Shown: positions 1 to 8,959 of the stretch, in pieces | How positions within the stretch are numbered: the stretch's first letter is position 1 | Layout of the letters: every line of letters starts with the position of its first letter | Assembly (NCBI GenBank): GCA_934098565.1 | Contig: CAKOON010000001.1 | Location: 300,275 to 364,274, forward strand | Direction: 5' to 3' | DNA from: an uncultured Bacilli bacterium | GTDB lineage: Bacteria; Bacillota_I; Bacilli_A; RF39; UBA660 | Length of the DNA stretch: 64,000 nt | The notes under the pieces: generated by a model | Told to the model about the DNA's origin: nothing | What the model saw: the letters and a program-made list of their open reading frames with translations, nothing else | Database searches by the model: none | Position numbers and translations under genes: made by a program

Positions 1-41
1 AACAATTTCTGCGGCCATTGGAATTAACTTCAAGAAAAATA

Positions 42-350
42 CTAATTCAAAATAATAAATTCTTTGGTTTCTAAATTTACATAAGATGAAGTATTAATTG
101 GCTCATTAGTATCAGGATTGATAACATTAATTAAATATTCATTATCAATTAAATAAGAAATAGTAACAGTTTTATTAGTACACTTACCATCAAGATAACA
201 TTGATTGGCTTTTTCAACGACTTTTTTGTTCAAAACTAACCACATTTTAGCTTGGTGTTCTTCTTTAACTACATTATACGATTTATAACCTAAGATACTT
301 AGCATTAAAATGATAAGAAGATAAGGAATTATTTTACTTAGTTTGACCAT
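42..350 (-). CDS. small N-terminally anchored protein, unknown function
   Basis: ATG at 348-350. Hydrophobic N-terminus [16 protein letters not shown] followed by a Cys-containing soluble part. Overlaps the tgt stop by 17 nt, so probably co-transcribed. No family recognised. Confidence 0.5.
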   Translation of the reverse strand: MVKLSKIIPYLLIILMLSILGYKSYNVVKEEHQAKMWLVLNKKVVEKANQCYLDGKCTNKTVTISYLIDNEYLINVINPDTNEPINTSSYVNLETKEFIILN

Positions 351-1452
351 AATAATTTTTAATAAATTCCTCTCTATATGCTAATAGATTATCATTCTTG
401 ATGGCATTTCGCAGTTCTTCGGTTAAATTAATTAAGTAATGAATATTATGAATTGATAAAAGACGAGCCCCAAAAGTTTCTTCACAATTAATTAAGTGTT
501 TAATATAAGCTTTGGTGTAATTTTGACAAGCGTAGCAAGTGCAATCTTTTTCAATTGGGGTAAAATCTTCTTTATATTTAGCGTTTTTAATGTTAATTTT
601 ACCATATCTTGTTAAAGCATGACCATGGCGAGCTAATCTCGTAGGAGAAACGCAGTCGAAGATATCTATCCCGTTGCAGACATTCTCAACAATATCAATT
701 GGATCCCCGACGCCCATTAAATAACGTACTTTGTCTTCTGGCAAATATTTAGTCGCATATCTAACCATTTTATATTGAGTTGGTTTGTCTTCGCCAACAC
801 TAGTACCACCAATAGAGTAGCCATCAAAATCTATTTTTACGAGTTCTTCGACACAATGCTTACGTAAATCTTCGTATTCGCCGCCTTGAACAATTCCAAA
901 AAGACTTTGACGAGGGTTATTAAAAACATCTTTACCACGTCTTGCCCAGCGAATGGTTCTTTCAACTGAATTTTTACAATATTCATAAGTGGCTGGATAG
1001 CCTATACATTCATCAAAGCTCATAGCGATATCGCTATCAAGTTTATTTTGAATTTGAATTGATTTTTCTGGCGTTAAAAGTAAAGCGTCCCCATTATATT
1101 GATTTTTAAATTTTACTCCTTCTTCGGTAATATCTTTTCTTTTAGCTAAGGAAAAGACTTGGAAACCACCAGAGTCGGTTAATATAGGACCGTTCCAGTT
1201 CATAAATTTATGTAAGCCTCCAGCTTTATAAATGATATCTTCACCTGGTCTTAACCACAAATGATAAGTATTAGCTAAAATAATTCCGGCATGATTAGCT
1301 TTTAATTCTTCAGGGGATAAAGTTTTAACCGTCGCTTGAGTACCAACTGGCATAAACATAGGAGTTTCATAAGTTCCATAGTTGGTATGAATAAGTCCTA
1401 GTCTAGCTTGAGTATCTTTATCTTTTTTTAATAATTCATATTTTATTTTCAT
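334..1452 (-). CDS. tgt: queuine tRNA-ribosyltransferase (tRNA-guanine transglycosylase)
   Basis: 372 aa, full-length Tgt-like. Motifs TPMFMPVGT and LTDSGGFQV, plus zinc site CTCYAC...H. Confidence 0.95.
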   Translation of the reverse strand: MKIKYELLKKDKDTQARLGLIHTNYGTYETPMFMPVGTQATVKTLSPEELKANHAGIILANTYHLWLRPGEDIIYKAGGLHKFMNWNGPILTDSGGFQVFSLAKRKDITEEGVKFKNQYNGDALLLTPEKSIQIQNKLDSDIAMSFDECIGYPATYEYCKNSVERTIRWARRGKDVFNNPRQSLFGIVQGGEYEDLRKHCVEELVKIDFDGYSIGGTSVGEDKPTQYKMVRYATKYLPEDKVRYLMGVGDPIDIVENVCNGIDIFDCVSPTRLARHGHALTRYGKINIKNAKYKEDFTPIEKDCTCYACQNYTKAYIKHLINCEETFGARLLSIHNIHYLINLTEELRNAIKNDNLLAYREEFIKNYYGQTK

Positions 1453-1538
1453 AGGTCTACCTCGCTTAAAAAATTATATCAAAGATTATACATATAATCT
1501 AGTAAAATCGTTTAGTTCAAAAAGAAAACAATTAGTCT

Positions 1539-3098
1539 TTAAAGTACTAATTGTCTTTTGACTTCTTTATCGTATTCTAAAATATCTAAAGGAAGCGTTC
1601 CAGATAAATACCTTCTAGTTGCGATAGTTAAGTTTTTATTTGTAGTGGCAATATTATAATGTTTTAAGAAATCATAAATTCTTCTTTTCTCTTCTTCCGT
1701 TAAATAATAAATTTTTCCCTTAACATTATAACCAATTATATCATTTAAGAAACGCTCTAAAGTAACTGTATTGTATAAACTATTTCCAGGCGTACCACTA
1801 TTTACTAAGGATGATAGGTATCTTAAATCACTATCAGCAATTAGTTTGTTTTTCATAACTATGCTTCTTAAATCGGCTAAAGGATAATTGGTTAAAGTGG
1901 CATAATCAATAATGTCAAACTCTCTTTGACAACCATCGGATGTCATGACTCCATATTTACGGAAATATAAGACTATTTCTAAAAGGGTATCAATAAAAGA
2001 AAGTTCATATTCTTCAAGAAGAGCTAATTGATTATTTAGGCTTGCTTTTAAAGACTCATCATCGCCACAGGCTTCTTGCAAGTATTCTCTAGCCTGCTTA
2101 TATGATTTACATTTAAATGGCCATGCTTCTGATAGCACAAATTCTTTTAAAGTCATATCATGCTCTTTTAAAAACTCTAGTAAGACGTCTCTTTTTTTGG
2201 CGGAAGGTTGAGACTTTTTAGGCTCGCTTTTAGATTCTTTCAAACCAGCTTTTATCATAGCTTTATCTAAAAGGGCAAATAAATATTCTTCCTTCTTTAA
2301 AATCACTTTTCTTTCTTCGTCGTTTTTGGCTACTGCTAAGTTATGCTCCATTTCTCTAGTAAGAATAGACTTTAAATAACCAATACGTAAATCTTTAACT
2401 TCTTGTAACAAGGCAGCTACTTCTTTGGTAGCTTTGATATCACCTTCATCATTGACAATTTGAAGAATTCGGAAAGCTAAAGTATTATGAATAAATCTTG
2501 ACGTCGGCACATCTTTTAAGCCATTATAAATTTCTACTGCCCTATTATATTTTGCTAGTTCTTTGGCTGATGCATATTTTTCTAAATATAAATGACTTAA
2601 AGATTCAATATAGTTAGAGTCTAATCCTTGACGTTGGCTAACTAAGTATAAGCCTAGTTCATAACTCATCTCTAGGCTATAAACACTTAAAATGGCTTTA
2701 AAATAGATTCCTAGTTTTTGCTTTTCAATTAGATTTTTGTCTAAACTTTTCTCTTTATCAGGAACTTCACTTTCTTCTTGGGCCTTCACTGAAATATTTT
2801 CAGTACTTACTTTCTCTGTGATGGCTTCCGCTTTTAAGGCTTTTAATTTTTCACGACGAGCGGCAAGTAAGGGCTTTCTCACCTCTCTTAAAAAGGCTCT
2901 ATAATTTTTTATATCTTCTTCAGAAACAGCTAATTTGCAGGAACTAATGGCGGCAGCTTTTTCAGTAAGTTCAAGAAAAGACATATCATTTTCTTTAGCA
3001 ATATCATTTATAATAGCAATAATTTCTTCTGTACTTTTATTATCTTTAAAAGCTGTATTTATAGTCCAATAACAATGAATAATCATATTTTTTTTCAT
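1539..3098 (-). CDS. hypothetical protein (~519 aa), helical, unknown function
   Basis: Long intact ORF. The track start (3179) is a TTG. ATG at 3096-3098 (MKKNMIIH) lies 11 nt downstream of AAGGAG, so it is preferred. No recognisable catalytic motif. Confidence 0.6.
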   Translation of the reverse strand: MKKNMIIHCYWTINTAFKDNKSTEEIIAIINDIAKENDMSFLELTEKAAAISSCKLAVSEEDIKNYRAFLREVRKPLLAARREKLKALKAEAITEKVSTENISVKAQEESEVPDKEKSLDKNLIEKQKLGIYFKAILSVYSLEMSYELGLYLVSQRQGLDSNYIESLSHLYLEKYASAKELAKYNRAVEIYNGLKDVPTSRFIHNTLAFRILQIVNDEGDIKATKEVAALLQEVKDLRIGYLKSILTREMEHNLAVAKNDEERKVILKKEEYLFALLDKAMIKAGLKESKSEPKKSQPSAKKRDVLLEFLKEHDMTLKEFVLSEAWPFKCKSYKQAREYLQEACGDDESLKASLNNQLALLEEYELSFIDTLLEIVLYFRKYGVMTSDGCQREFDIIDYATLTNYPLADLRSIVMKNKLIADSDLRYLSSLVNSGTPGNSLYNTVTLERFLNDIIGYNVKGKIYYLTEEEKRRIYDFLKHYNIATTNKNLTIATRRYLSGTLPLDILEYDKEVKRQLVL

Positions 3099-3190
3099 AC
3101 ACACACATACTCCTTCATGACTTCTAAATATCCTAACATATTTCTCATAATTTGCAAGATCTTTCGAAAAAAATTTCAAAAAAACTTGGG

Positions 3191-5308
3191 CTATGCCAAG
3201 TTAAAAGTGATTTCTTCCGTACCAATGCTGGCACCTTCTGGCAAACTTTGAGAAATAACTTTACCATTGCCATTTATTGTATAGTTCAAATTTAAAAGAT
3301 GACAAAGAGCAATTAATTCACTTTTGGAGTAACCAATAACATTAGGCATGGTATAAGTGCCACTTGTTTTTAGAAAGACTTTACTATTTATTAAAACCTT
3401 ATTATTTTTCTCTGGATACTGTTTAATGATGGTATCTGAAGCTCCTAAAATAACCGGATTAAGCCCTAAAGATTTTAGCTTTTCTGCACTTGTTATAGTA
3501 TCTGTGTTAAGAAAATTTTCTAAAGTTATGATATTGTTACTAGATACATTTTCGGTCTTCTTTTCTAAATTTTTATATTTAGCAATTTCATCAACGATAT
3601 TGACAATAGCAGTAGCAGCATTCTTAAAAGCTCCTTGAAATTGCTTGACTGAGAAATAAATAATATATTCAGGCTCATCATAAGGAAATAACATAGCAAA
3701 GGATTTAATGTAATTGTAATCACCAGTCATGTAGCCGCCACTAGGATTAGCAATTTGCGCAGTACCAGTTTTTCCCATCACCTCGACTAAATCAGATTTA
3801 AAGTAACGAGCATCAGTTTTGCCTGAATAAACAACGTCATGCATCATAGTTTTCATTTTATCAGTAGTTGATTTTTGCACTACTTGGCCTAATTCTTCTC
3901 TTTGGCCTTCATATATGACCTCTTTAGTTGTACTGTCTACGATTTTGGAAATAATATATGGCTTTAACATAACACCGTCATTAGCAATAGTTGTTAAAGC
4001 TTGAATATTTTGAATAGGCGTGGTCGTAATTCCTTGACCGAAAGAAGCGGTAGCAATTTCGGTAGCATAATTAAAGTTAATGGTGCCACTTGCTTCATCA
4101 GGTAAAGTAATGCCCGTTTTTTGGCCAAATCCAAACTTGGTATAGTATTCAGCTAATTTTTCTTTGCCAAGACGTTGACTAAGAATAGTAGCAGCGACAT
4201 TGGAAGAATAACTAAAGCCTTCATCAAAAGTAATACTACCCCACCCGACATTGTTAAAGTCTTTAATAGTGGCATCACTGACCTTAATTGTTCCAGACAT
4301 ATATTTTTCATCGCCATCATAAAGATCACTGTCAATTGCACTCATAAAAGAAAATATTTTCATTGTAGAACCAGGTTCATAAGAGTAAGAAACTAAAGGA
4401 TTTAAATAATTAGTCATATTTAACTTATTAGCATCAAAGGATGGTGAGGCCCCACTAGCTAAGATGGCCCCCGTTTTAGCATCAGCAACGGTCAAAGTCA
4501 ACCAAGTATAATTAAAATTACTTGATAGATTATTAATTTCTTGTTCAACAAAAAGTTGAATGTTATTATCAATAGTTAAGTAAATATCAGCGCCAGATTT
4601 AGACTCTTTAACATTTTCTTCAGCATAAGGAAGTTTATAACCATAATTATCTGTTTGATACTCACTAAAGCCGTTTTCACCTTTTAAATAGGCATCACAG
4701 TACTTTTCAATGCCCATTTCACCACCTATATTACCTTCATCATCTTTTTTAGAATAGCCAACAATGTACGAAGCAAAATCTCCCATCTGATAATATCTTT
4801 TAGAAGAAGTAAGAAAATCCAGACCGGGTAAGTTCAAGGCTTCTATTTCTAATTTTAAACTTTCAGAAATATCTTTAGCATAAGTAAATTCAACTTGATA
4901 TTTATTTTCCGTATTTAATCTTTCCAAAATATAATCATAAGTCATATCTTTATTACCATATTTACTGAATACTTCACTTAGCTTCTGTGCTGTTAATTCT
5001 TTATCAACAACATGCTGAGGTTTATTAGGATTTGTTGTTCTTGTATCACTTAAATAAGCTATTAAAGTATAAGAATTGACTGTATTAGCTAGATAATTAC
5101 CACTTTTATCATATATGTTACCACGGTGGGCATAAAGTATTTTCTTGGTCGTGTTTCTTTTTTCGGCATACTCTTTTAAATCAATTCCATCAATTTCTTT
5201 AGATAAAGAAATGTAGATAAGTTTGCCAATTAAAACTAAAAAGCAAAGGCTTAAGAAGAGAAAAACAAGCTTACTAAAATGAATGTTTTTATTTATTTTA
5301 CTTTTCAT
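3191..5308 (-). CDS. pbpB: class B penicillin-binding protein (division transpeptidase, PBP2B/FtsI type) with two PASTA-like repeats
   Basis: N-terminal TM. Motifs SxxK (GSTMKIF), SxN (YSSNVAA) and KTGTA. C-terminal PASTA-like repeats (MPNVIGYSKSELIALCHLLNL...). Sits downstream of ftsL-rsmH. Confidence 0.9.
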   Translation of the reverse strand: MKSKINKNIHFSKLVFLFLSLCFLVLIGKLIYISLSKEIDGIDLKEYAEKRNTTKKILYAHRGNIYDKSGNYLANTVNSYTLIAYLSDTRTTNPNKPQHVVDKELTAQKLSEVFSKYGNKDMTYDYILERLNTENKYQVEFTYAKDISESLKLEIEALNLPGLDFLTSSKRYYQMGDFASYIVGYSKKDDEGNIGGEMGIEKYCDAYLKGENGFSEYQTDNYGYKLPYAEENVKESKSGADIYLTIDNNIQLFVEQEINNLSSNFNYTWLTLTVADAKTGAILASGASPSFDANKLNMTNYLNPLVSYSYEPGSTMKIFSFMSAIDSDLYDGDEKYMSGTIKVSDATIKDFNNVGWGSITFDEGFSYSSNVAATILSQRLGKEKLAEYYTKFGFGQKTGITLPDEASGTINFNYATEIATASFGQGITTTPIQNIQALTTIANDGVMLKPYIISKIVDSTTKEVIYEGQREELGQVVQKSTTDKMKTMMHDVVYSGKTDARYFKSDLVEVMGKTGTAQIANPSGGYMTGDYNYIKSFAMLFPYDEPEYIIYFSVKQFQGAFKNAATAIVNIVDEIAKYKNLEKKTENVSSNNIITLENFLNTDTITSAEKLKSLGLNPVILGASDTIIKQYPEKNNKVLINSKVFLKTSGTYTMPNVIGYSKSELIALCHLLNLNYTINGNGKVISQSLPEGASIGTEEITFNLA

Positions 5309-5597
5309 CAGTATCGTCCTTATCTATACTTGTAATATTATTATTTTTATAAGATAAACCGTTTTCTTTAGCTATTTCTCTTATTTTATCTAAAGAAGCT
5401 AATTCGTTGATTTGCATTTCTACAGATTCATTAATCTTAGTTTGTTTTTCAATATTATTTTTTAATTTTTCTACTTCAATATTGATTTCACTTAGTTTAG
5501 CACGGGTAATAACTTGAAGAAGTGGAGAAAAAATGAGGACTAAAATTATTAAGATGAAGATTTTTTTATCCCTTTTATTATTCTTTTGTGGTTTCAT
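5298..5597 (-). CDS. ftsL: cell division protein FtsL
   Basis: Basic N-terminus, single TM (IFILIILVLIFSPLL) and coiled coil. Lies between rsmH and pbpB. ATG at 5597 follows AAAGGA, whereas the track start at 5630 is a GTG inside rsmH. Confidence 0.75.
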   Translation of the reverse strand: MKPQKNNKRDKKIFILIILVLIFSPLLQVITRAKLSEINIEVEKLKNNIEKQTKINESVEMQINELASLDKIREIAKENGLSYKNNNITSIDKDDTDEK

Positions 5598-5598
5598 T

Positions 5599-6513
5599 TT
5601 AAATCCTTTCTGCAATGCGTAATTTAGCACTTTTACTGCGAGAATTTTCCACTAGTTCCTGACTACTAGGAAGGATAGGCTTTCTGGTTACTAGTTTTAA
5701 TTTGGGCTTATATTCCTCTGGAATGACTGGTAAGCCTTTAACTAGTTCATTGACTTCACTATTTTCTTTAAAATATTTTTTTACAATACGGTCTTCTAAA
5801 GAATGAAAAGTTATGATAGCAACTCGACCCTCTTTATTTAAAAGTTCCAAAACATCAGGTAAAACTGCTTTTAGAACTGATAATTCTTTATTGACTTCTA
5901 TTCTGATAGCCTGAAATATTTTACGTTCAGGATGGTTCTTATAAAAGTAATTAGCGCCGACGGCTTGTTCGATAACATTTACTAATTCTAAAGTGGTCTT
6001 AATGGGTCTTTTAGCAATGATTTTATTAGCAATTAAACGACTTTGCTTTTCATCACCATAAGTAAAAAAGATATCAGTTAAAGCCTCTTTCGAATATTCA
6101 TTGACAACGTTTTCAGCACTTAAAGACGCACTAGTGTCCATCCGCATATCAAGAAGCCCATCTTTACTAAAGCTAAAACCACGGGAAGCATCATCTATTT
6201 GAGGAGACGAAACCCCTAAGTCAAAGACAATTCCATCGATTTTCTTAACTTTTCTTTTTTCTAACTCAGCTTTTAGGTTAACAAAATTACTTTTTATCAA
6301 AGTATAGTTAGAACTAATTTTTTGCAGACGCTTATCCGCATAGGAAATAGCCATCTCATCTTCATCAAATGAATATAAGTGTCCAGTCGTTAATTTTTCT
6401 AGGATTTTACTAGAATGACCACCTAATCCAAGGGTAGCATCAACATAGATTCCATCTTCTTTAATATTTAAATTTTCAATTGTTTCATTAAGCAAAACAC
6501 TATAATGTTCCAT
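5599..6513 (-). CDS. rsmH: 16S rRNA (cytosine1402-N4)-methyltransferase RsmH/MraW
   Basis: 304 aa. Motifs HYSVLLNE, DATLGLGGHS, FDLGVSSPQ and ITFHSLEDR. Confidence 0.95.
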   Translation of the reverse strand: MEHYSVLLNETIENLNIKEDGIYVDATLGLGGHSSKILEKLTTGHLYSFDEDEMAISYADKRLQKISSNYTLIKSNFVNLKAELEKRKVKKIDGIVFDLGVSSPQIDDASRGFSFSKDGLLDMRMDTSASLSAENVVNEYSKEALTDIFFTYGDEKQSRLIANKIIAKRPIKTTLELVNVIEQAVGANYFYKNHPERKIFQAIRIEVNKELSVLKAVLPDVLELLNKEGRVAIITFHSLEDRIVKKYFKENSEVNELVKGLPVIPEEYKPKLKLVTRKPILPSSQELVENSRSKSAKLRIAERI

Positions 6514-6550
6514 AATCCACTTCCTTTATATTTAGTTCTTTCTAAGGTTA

Positions 6551-6579
6551 ATCTTACTATAATTTGAGATTTTTGTAAA
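6551..6579 (-). promoter_or_regulatory. candidate sigma-A promoter for rsmH-ftsL-pbpB
   Basis: On the minus strand: TTTACA, 17-nt spacer, TAAGAT. It sits about 35 nt upstream of the rsmH RBS (AAGGAAG). Confidence 0.45.
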
Positions 6580-6602
6580 CAAAAGAGCCTAAGAAATTAG
6601 GC
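6577..6602 (-). terminator. intrinsic terminator after the 471-aa gene
   Basis: Minus-strand RNA GCCUAA-UUUC-UUAGGC followed by UCUUUUGUUU. Confidence 0.6.
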
Positions 6603-6658
6603 CTAGACATTATTTTTACAAAATTATTAATAGTTTTTTAGAATAAATATTATCCTGT

Positions 6659-8074
6659 TTAATAGCGATTACTTTTTCTAGCATTCGTTTCTAAAAAATT
6701 CAGCATGATTTCATAACGAGTTTCAGAATATTCAATAGCCTTAGCAATTGCGGCCTTGTCATTAGCAATCTCTGGACGTTCGCTAATTTTTAAATATTGA
6801 AAATAAGGGTCATTAACTTTTTTCTGCATAACTCCTTTAATAATATAAGTGTTATTGGGACCAAAAGAAAATAGTATTCTTAACTGGTCAGTATATTTTA
6901 TTTCATAAAAATTAGAAATATCGAGAATTTTTCTTGTAACATAGCCACTATCATTACCAATTTCAAAATTAGTTAATAATTCTCTTACTCTGTTATAGCA
7001 TTCTTCTGGTAATTCATCTAAATCACGCTCAATATATGATTTTTTATCATCAGAGCTATAATCATTAGAACTTAGTATCAATGTTCTTGTAAGAGCATCT
7101 TGCGATTTCCAGCTAGTTTCCTCTTCAATGCTCACTTTTCTAGGAAACGATGCTTGTTCCTTAGTTACTTCTAATCGCTTTTTATTTAGATAGTTAATCA
7201 AAAATAAATAGTGATTATAATCGTTGATAACTCTATCTAATTCTTCAACCAATAGAAAGCTAAAATTATCAGCTAACAAAGTGTCTTTTAAAAGATTTAT
7301 ATTATCAATAACCAAGTTAATTAGACAACTATATATATATTTCTTATCAATAGAACTATACTTATCCAGACTAGCAAAATATTCATCTAACTGGTCAAGA
7401 CTATATTTTTCTTCAATTACAGCAGTCGTACCGTCTAAAAAGTTAACAGCTTGGCTGCTCACACCTTGTTGGTTGATATCTATTTGGTTATACTTGGAAT
7501 TAATTAAAATTAATGTTGTTCCTGCAGACATTTTAAACTCTGGGCTTTTATACCAGAACAATGCTACTTTAGCTCGATATTTATCCTCTCTTGTAAATGT
7601 AGTGGCTTTATTCATTAATTCAGTTAAGAATCGAACTTCTTCAGTTGTCAAGGTATCTGTGATTCGTGCCTCTATTTTTGAAAGAATAGAATCATAAAGG
7701 TTTGTTTGGTTTTCAAATTCAATGTGTAGGGACATTAATTCTTCTGATTTATTGAGAAAAATATTGTAGTAATAATTAACTGTGTTAATAGCCGCATAAT
7801 TTTTATTTATAACATAATCATCAACACTTTTAACAAAACGTTCTTGATCTTTTTCACTTAATCCTAATCTTCTAAAGTCAATTTTTCTTATTTGATGATA
7901 TTTATCTTTTAATTTTTTATTAAACAAAGACAATACCTCTTTATAGTAAAACAATGAATTTTCTAGTCTAGCTAGTGTCCTAGGAATATTTTGACAATCA
8001 ATACGATAGTTAAAACGCACAAGATTTTTAACTTTTTTTATAAAATAATCATAATTAAATGCTTGATATGGCAT
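6659..8074 (-). CDS. 471-aa protein: unknown N-terminal region fused to a RelE/ParE (Gp49/HigB-like) toxin-fold C-terminal domain
   Basis: ATG preceded by AAGAGG. The C-terminal ~90 aa (LPEECYNRVRELL...FYEIKYTDQLRILFSFGPNNTYIIKGVMQKK) matches the RelE/Gp49 pattern (Lp..., yElR..., yRilf..., KK). Confidence 0.65.
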   Translation of the reverse strand: MPYQAFNYDYFIKKVKNLVRFNYRIDCQNIPRTLARLENSLFYYKEVLSLFNKKLKDKYHQIRKIDFRRLGLSEKDQERFVKSVDDYVINKNYAAINTVNYYYNIFLNKSEELMSLHIEFENQTNLYDSILSKIEARITDTLTTEEVRFLTELMNKATTFTREDKYRAKVALFWYKSPEFKMSAGTTLILINSKYNQIDINQQGVSSQAVNFLDGTTAVIEEKYSLDQLDEYFASLDKYSSIDKKYIYSCLINLVIDNINLLKDTLLADNFSFLLVEELDRVINDYNHYLFLINYLNKKRLEVTKEQASFPRKVSIEEETSWKSQDALTRTLILSSNDYSSDDKKSYIERDLDELPEECYNRVRELLTNFEIGNDSGYVTRKILDISNFYEIKYTDQLRILFSFGPNNTYIIKGVMQKKVNDPYFQYLKISERPEIANDKAAIAKAIEYSETRYEIMLNFLETNARKSNRY

Positions 8075-8154
8075 AAGGGCCTCTTTTCTATTCTAATCTT
8101 AATCATTATATAGTTTTTTAAATTAAAATACAATATATTCCCAAAAATTCAGTA

Positions 8155-8180
8155 CTAAAAAAGAGCTTTACTAAGCTCTT
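8155..8180 (-). terminator. intrinsic terminator of efp (overlaps its stop codon)
   Basis: Minus-strand RNA AAGAGCUU-AGUA-AAGCUCUU followed by a U-run. Perfect 8-bp stem. Confidence 0.6.
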
Positions 8181-8731
8181 GATGAATATTTACCGTCTTT
8201 TGTAGAAATAATAATATGTTCACCTTGATTGATAAACATTGGTACTTTAACAACATAACCAGTTTCGATTGTCGCATCTTTTAAGGCGTTATTTGTTGTA
8301 TTACCTTTTGTTGCTTCGGTAGTTTCAACTACTTCAAACTCGATTTTTTCTGGTAAATCAATACCAATTATTTCACCCTCATAGAAATTGATAACGATTT
8401 CTAAGTTTTCTTTTAAATACTTTTTTTCTTCTTCTAATTTACTAGCTGGCACTTCAATTTGTTCATAAGTAGCAGTATCCATAAAAACATAATTGTCCCC
8501 AGTACTGTACAAGTATTGCATAGGTTTTCTATCAATATGAGCTTTTTCTACTTTAATATTTGTATTGTAAGTATCTTCAACGATTGAACCAGTTTTCAAG
8601 TTTCTTAGCTTAATTTTAACAAAAGCAGCACCTTTACCTGGTTTTACATGTTGAAATTCAACTATTTGACATAGTTTACCATCCATGATGATAGTCATGC
8701 CATTTTTTATATCATTAATGTTGATATTCAT
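8171..8731 (-). CDS. efp: elongation factor P
   Basis: 186 aa. Contains VKPGKGAAFV with the conserved modified Lys. Full-length EF-P architecture. Confidence 0.95.
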   Translation of the reverse strand: MNININDIKNGMTIIMDGKLCQIVEFQHVKPGKGAAFVKIKLRNLKTGSIVEDTYNTNIKVEKAHIDRKPMQYLYSTGDNYVFMDTATYEQIEVPASKLEEEKKYLKENLEIVINFYEGEIIGIDLPEKIEFEVVETTEATKGNTTNNALKDATIETGYVVKVPMFINQGEHIIISTKDGKYSSRA

Positions 8732-8750
8732 AATATAAGCCTTTCTTTAA

Positions 8751-8915
8751 TTATTTTTTCTCTTTATGTGTTGTTTTTCTGCCACAATTACTACAATATT
8801 TTTTAGTTTCTAACTTTTCTGGAGTATTTTTCTTATTTTTACTTGTAGTATAATTTTCATGCTTACATTCTTGGCATGCTAAAGTAACATAATTTCTATT
8901 TTCATTTTTTGCCAT
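8751..8915 (-). CDS. rpmG: 50S ribosomal protein L33
   Basis: Absent from the ORF track because it is under 60 aa. My translation is [54 protein letters not shown] (54 aa), with the CxxC...CxxC zinc ribbon typical of L33. Confidence 0.9.
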   Translation of the reverse strand: MAKNENRNYVTLACQECKHENYTTSKNKKNTPEKLETKKYCSNCGRKTTHKEKK

Positions 8916-8959
8916 AAGTATCCCTCCTTTGCATCACTCTTAAGTATTTTACCATACTT

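Noticed and set aside
1-18. Possible start of another minus-strand gene (ATGGCCGCAGAAATTGTT, MAAEIV...) running off the left edge
   Set aside because: Only six codons are visible and there is no clear RBS, so it cannot be supported.
3357-4396. Three short track ORFs (3357-3638 +, 4153-4341 -, 4175-4396 +) inside the pbpB coding region
   Set aside because: They lie wholly within a well-supported 705-aa PBP gene. Their composition is Leu/Ser/Phe-rich, typical of off-frame or antisense translation of AT-rich coding DNA. They have no RBS.
7224-7697. 157-aa plus-strand ORF antisense to the 471-aa gene
   Set aside because: It is antisense to a longer ORF that has an RBS and a terminator. Its sequence is low-complexity (S/L/I/N-rich), and no start context is present.
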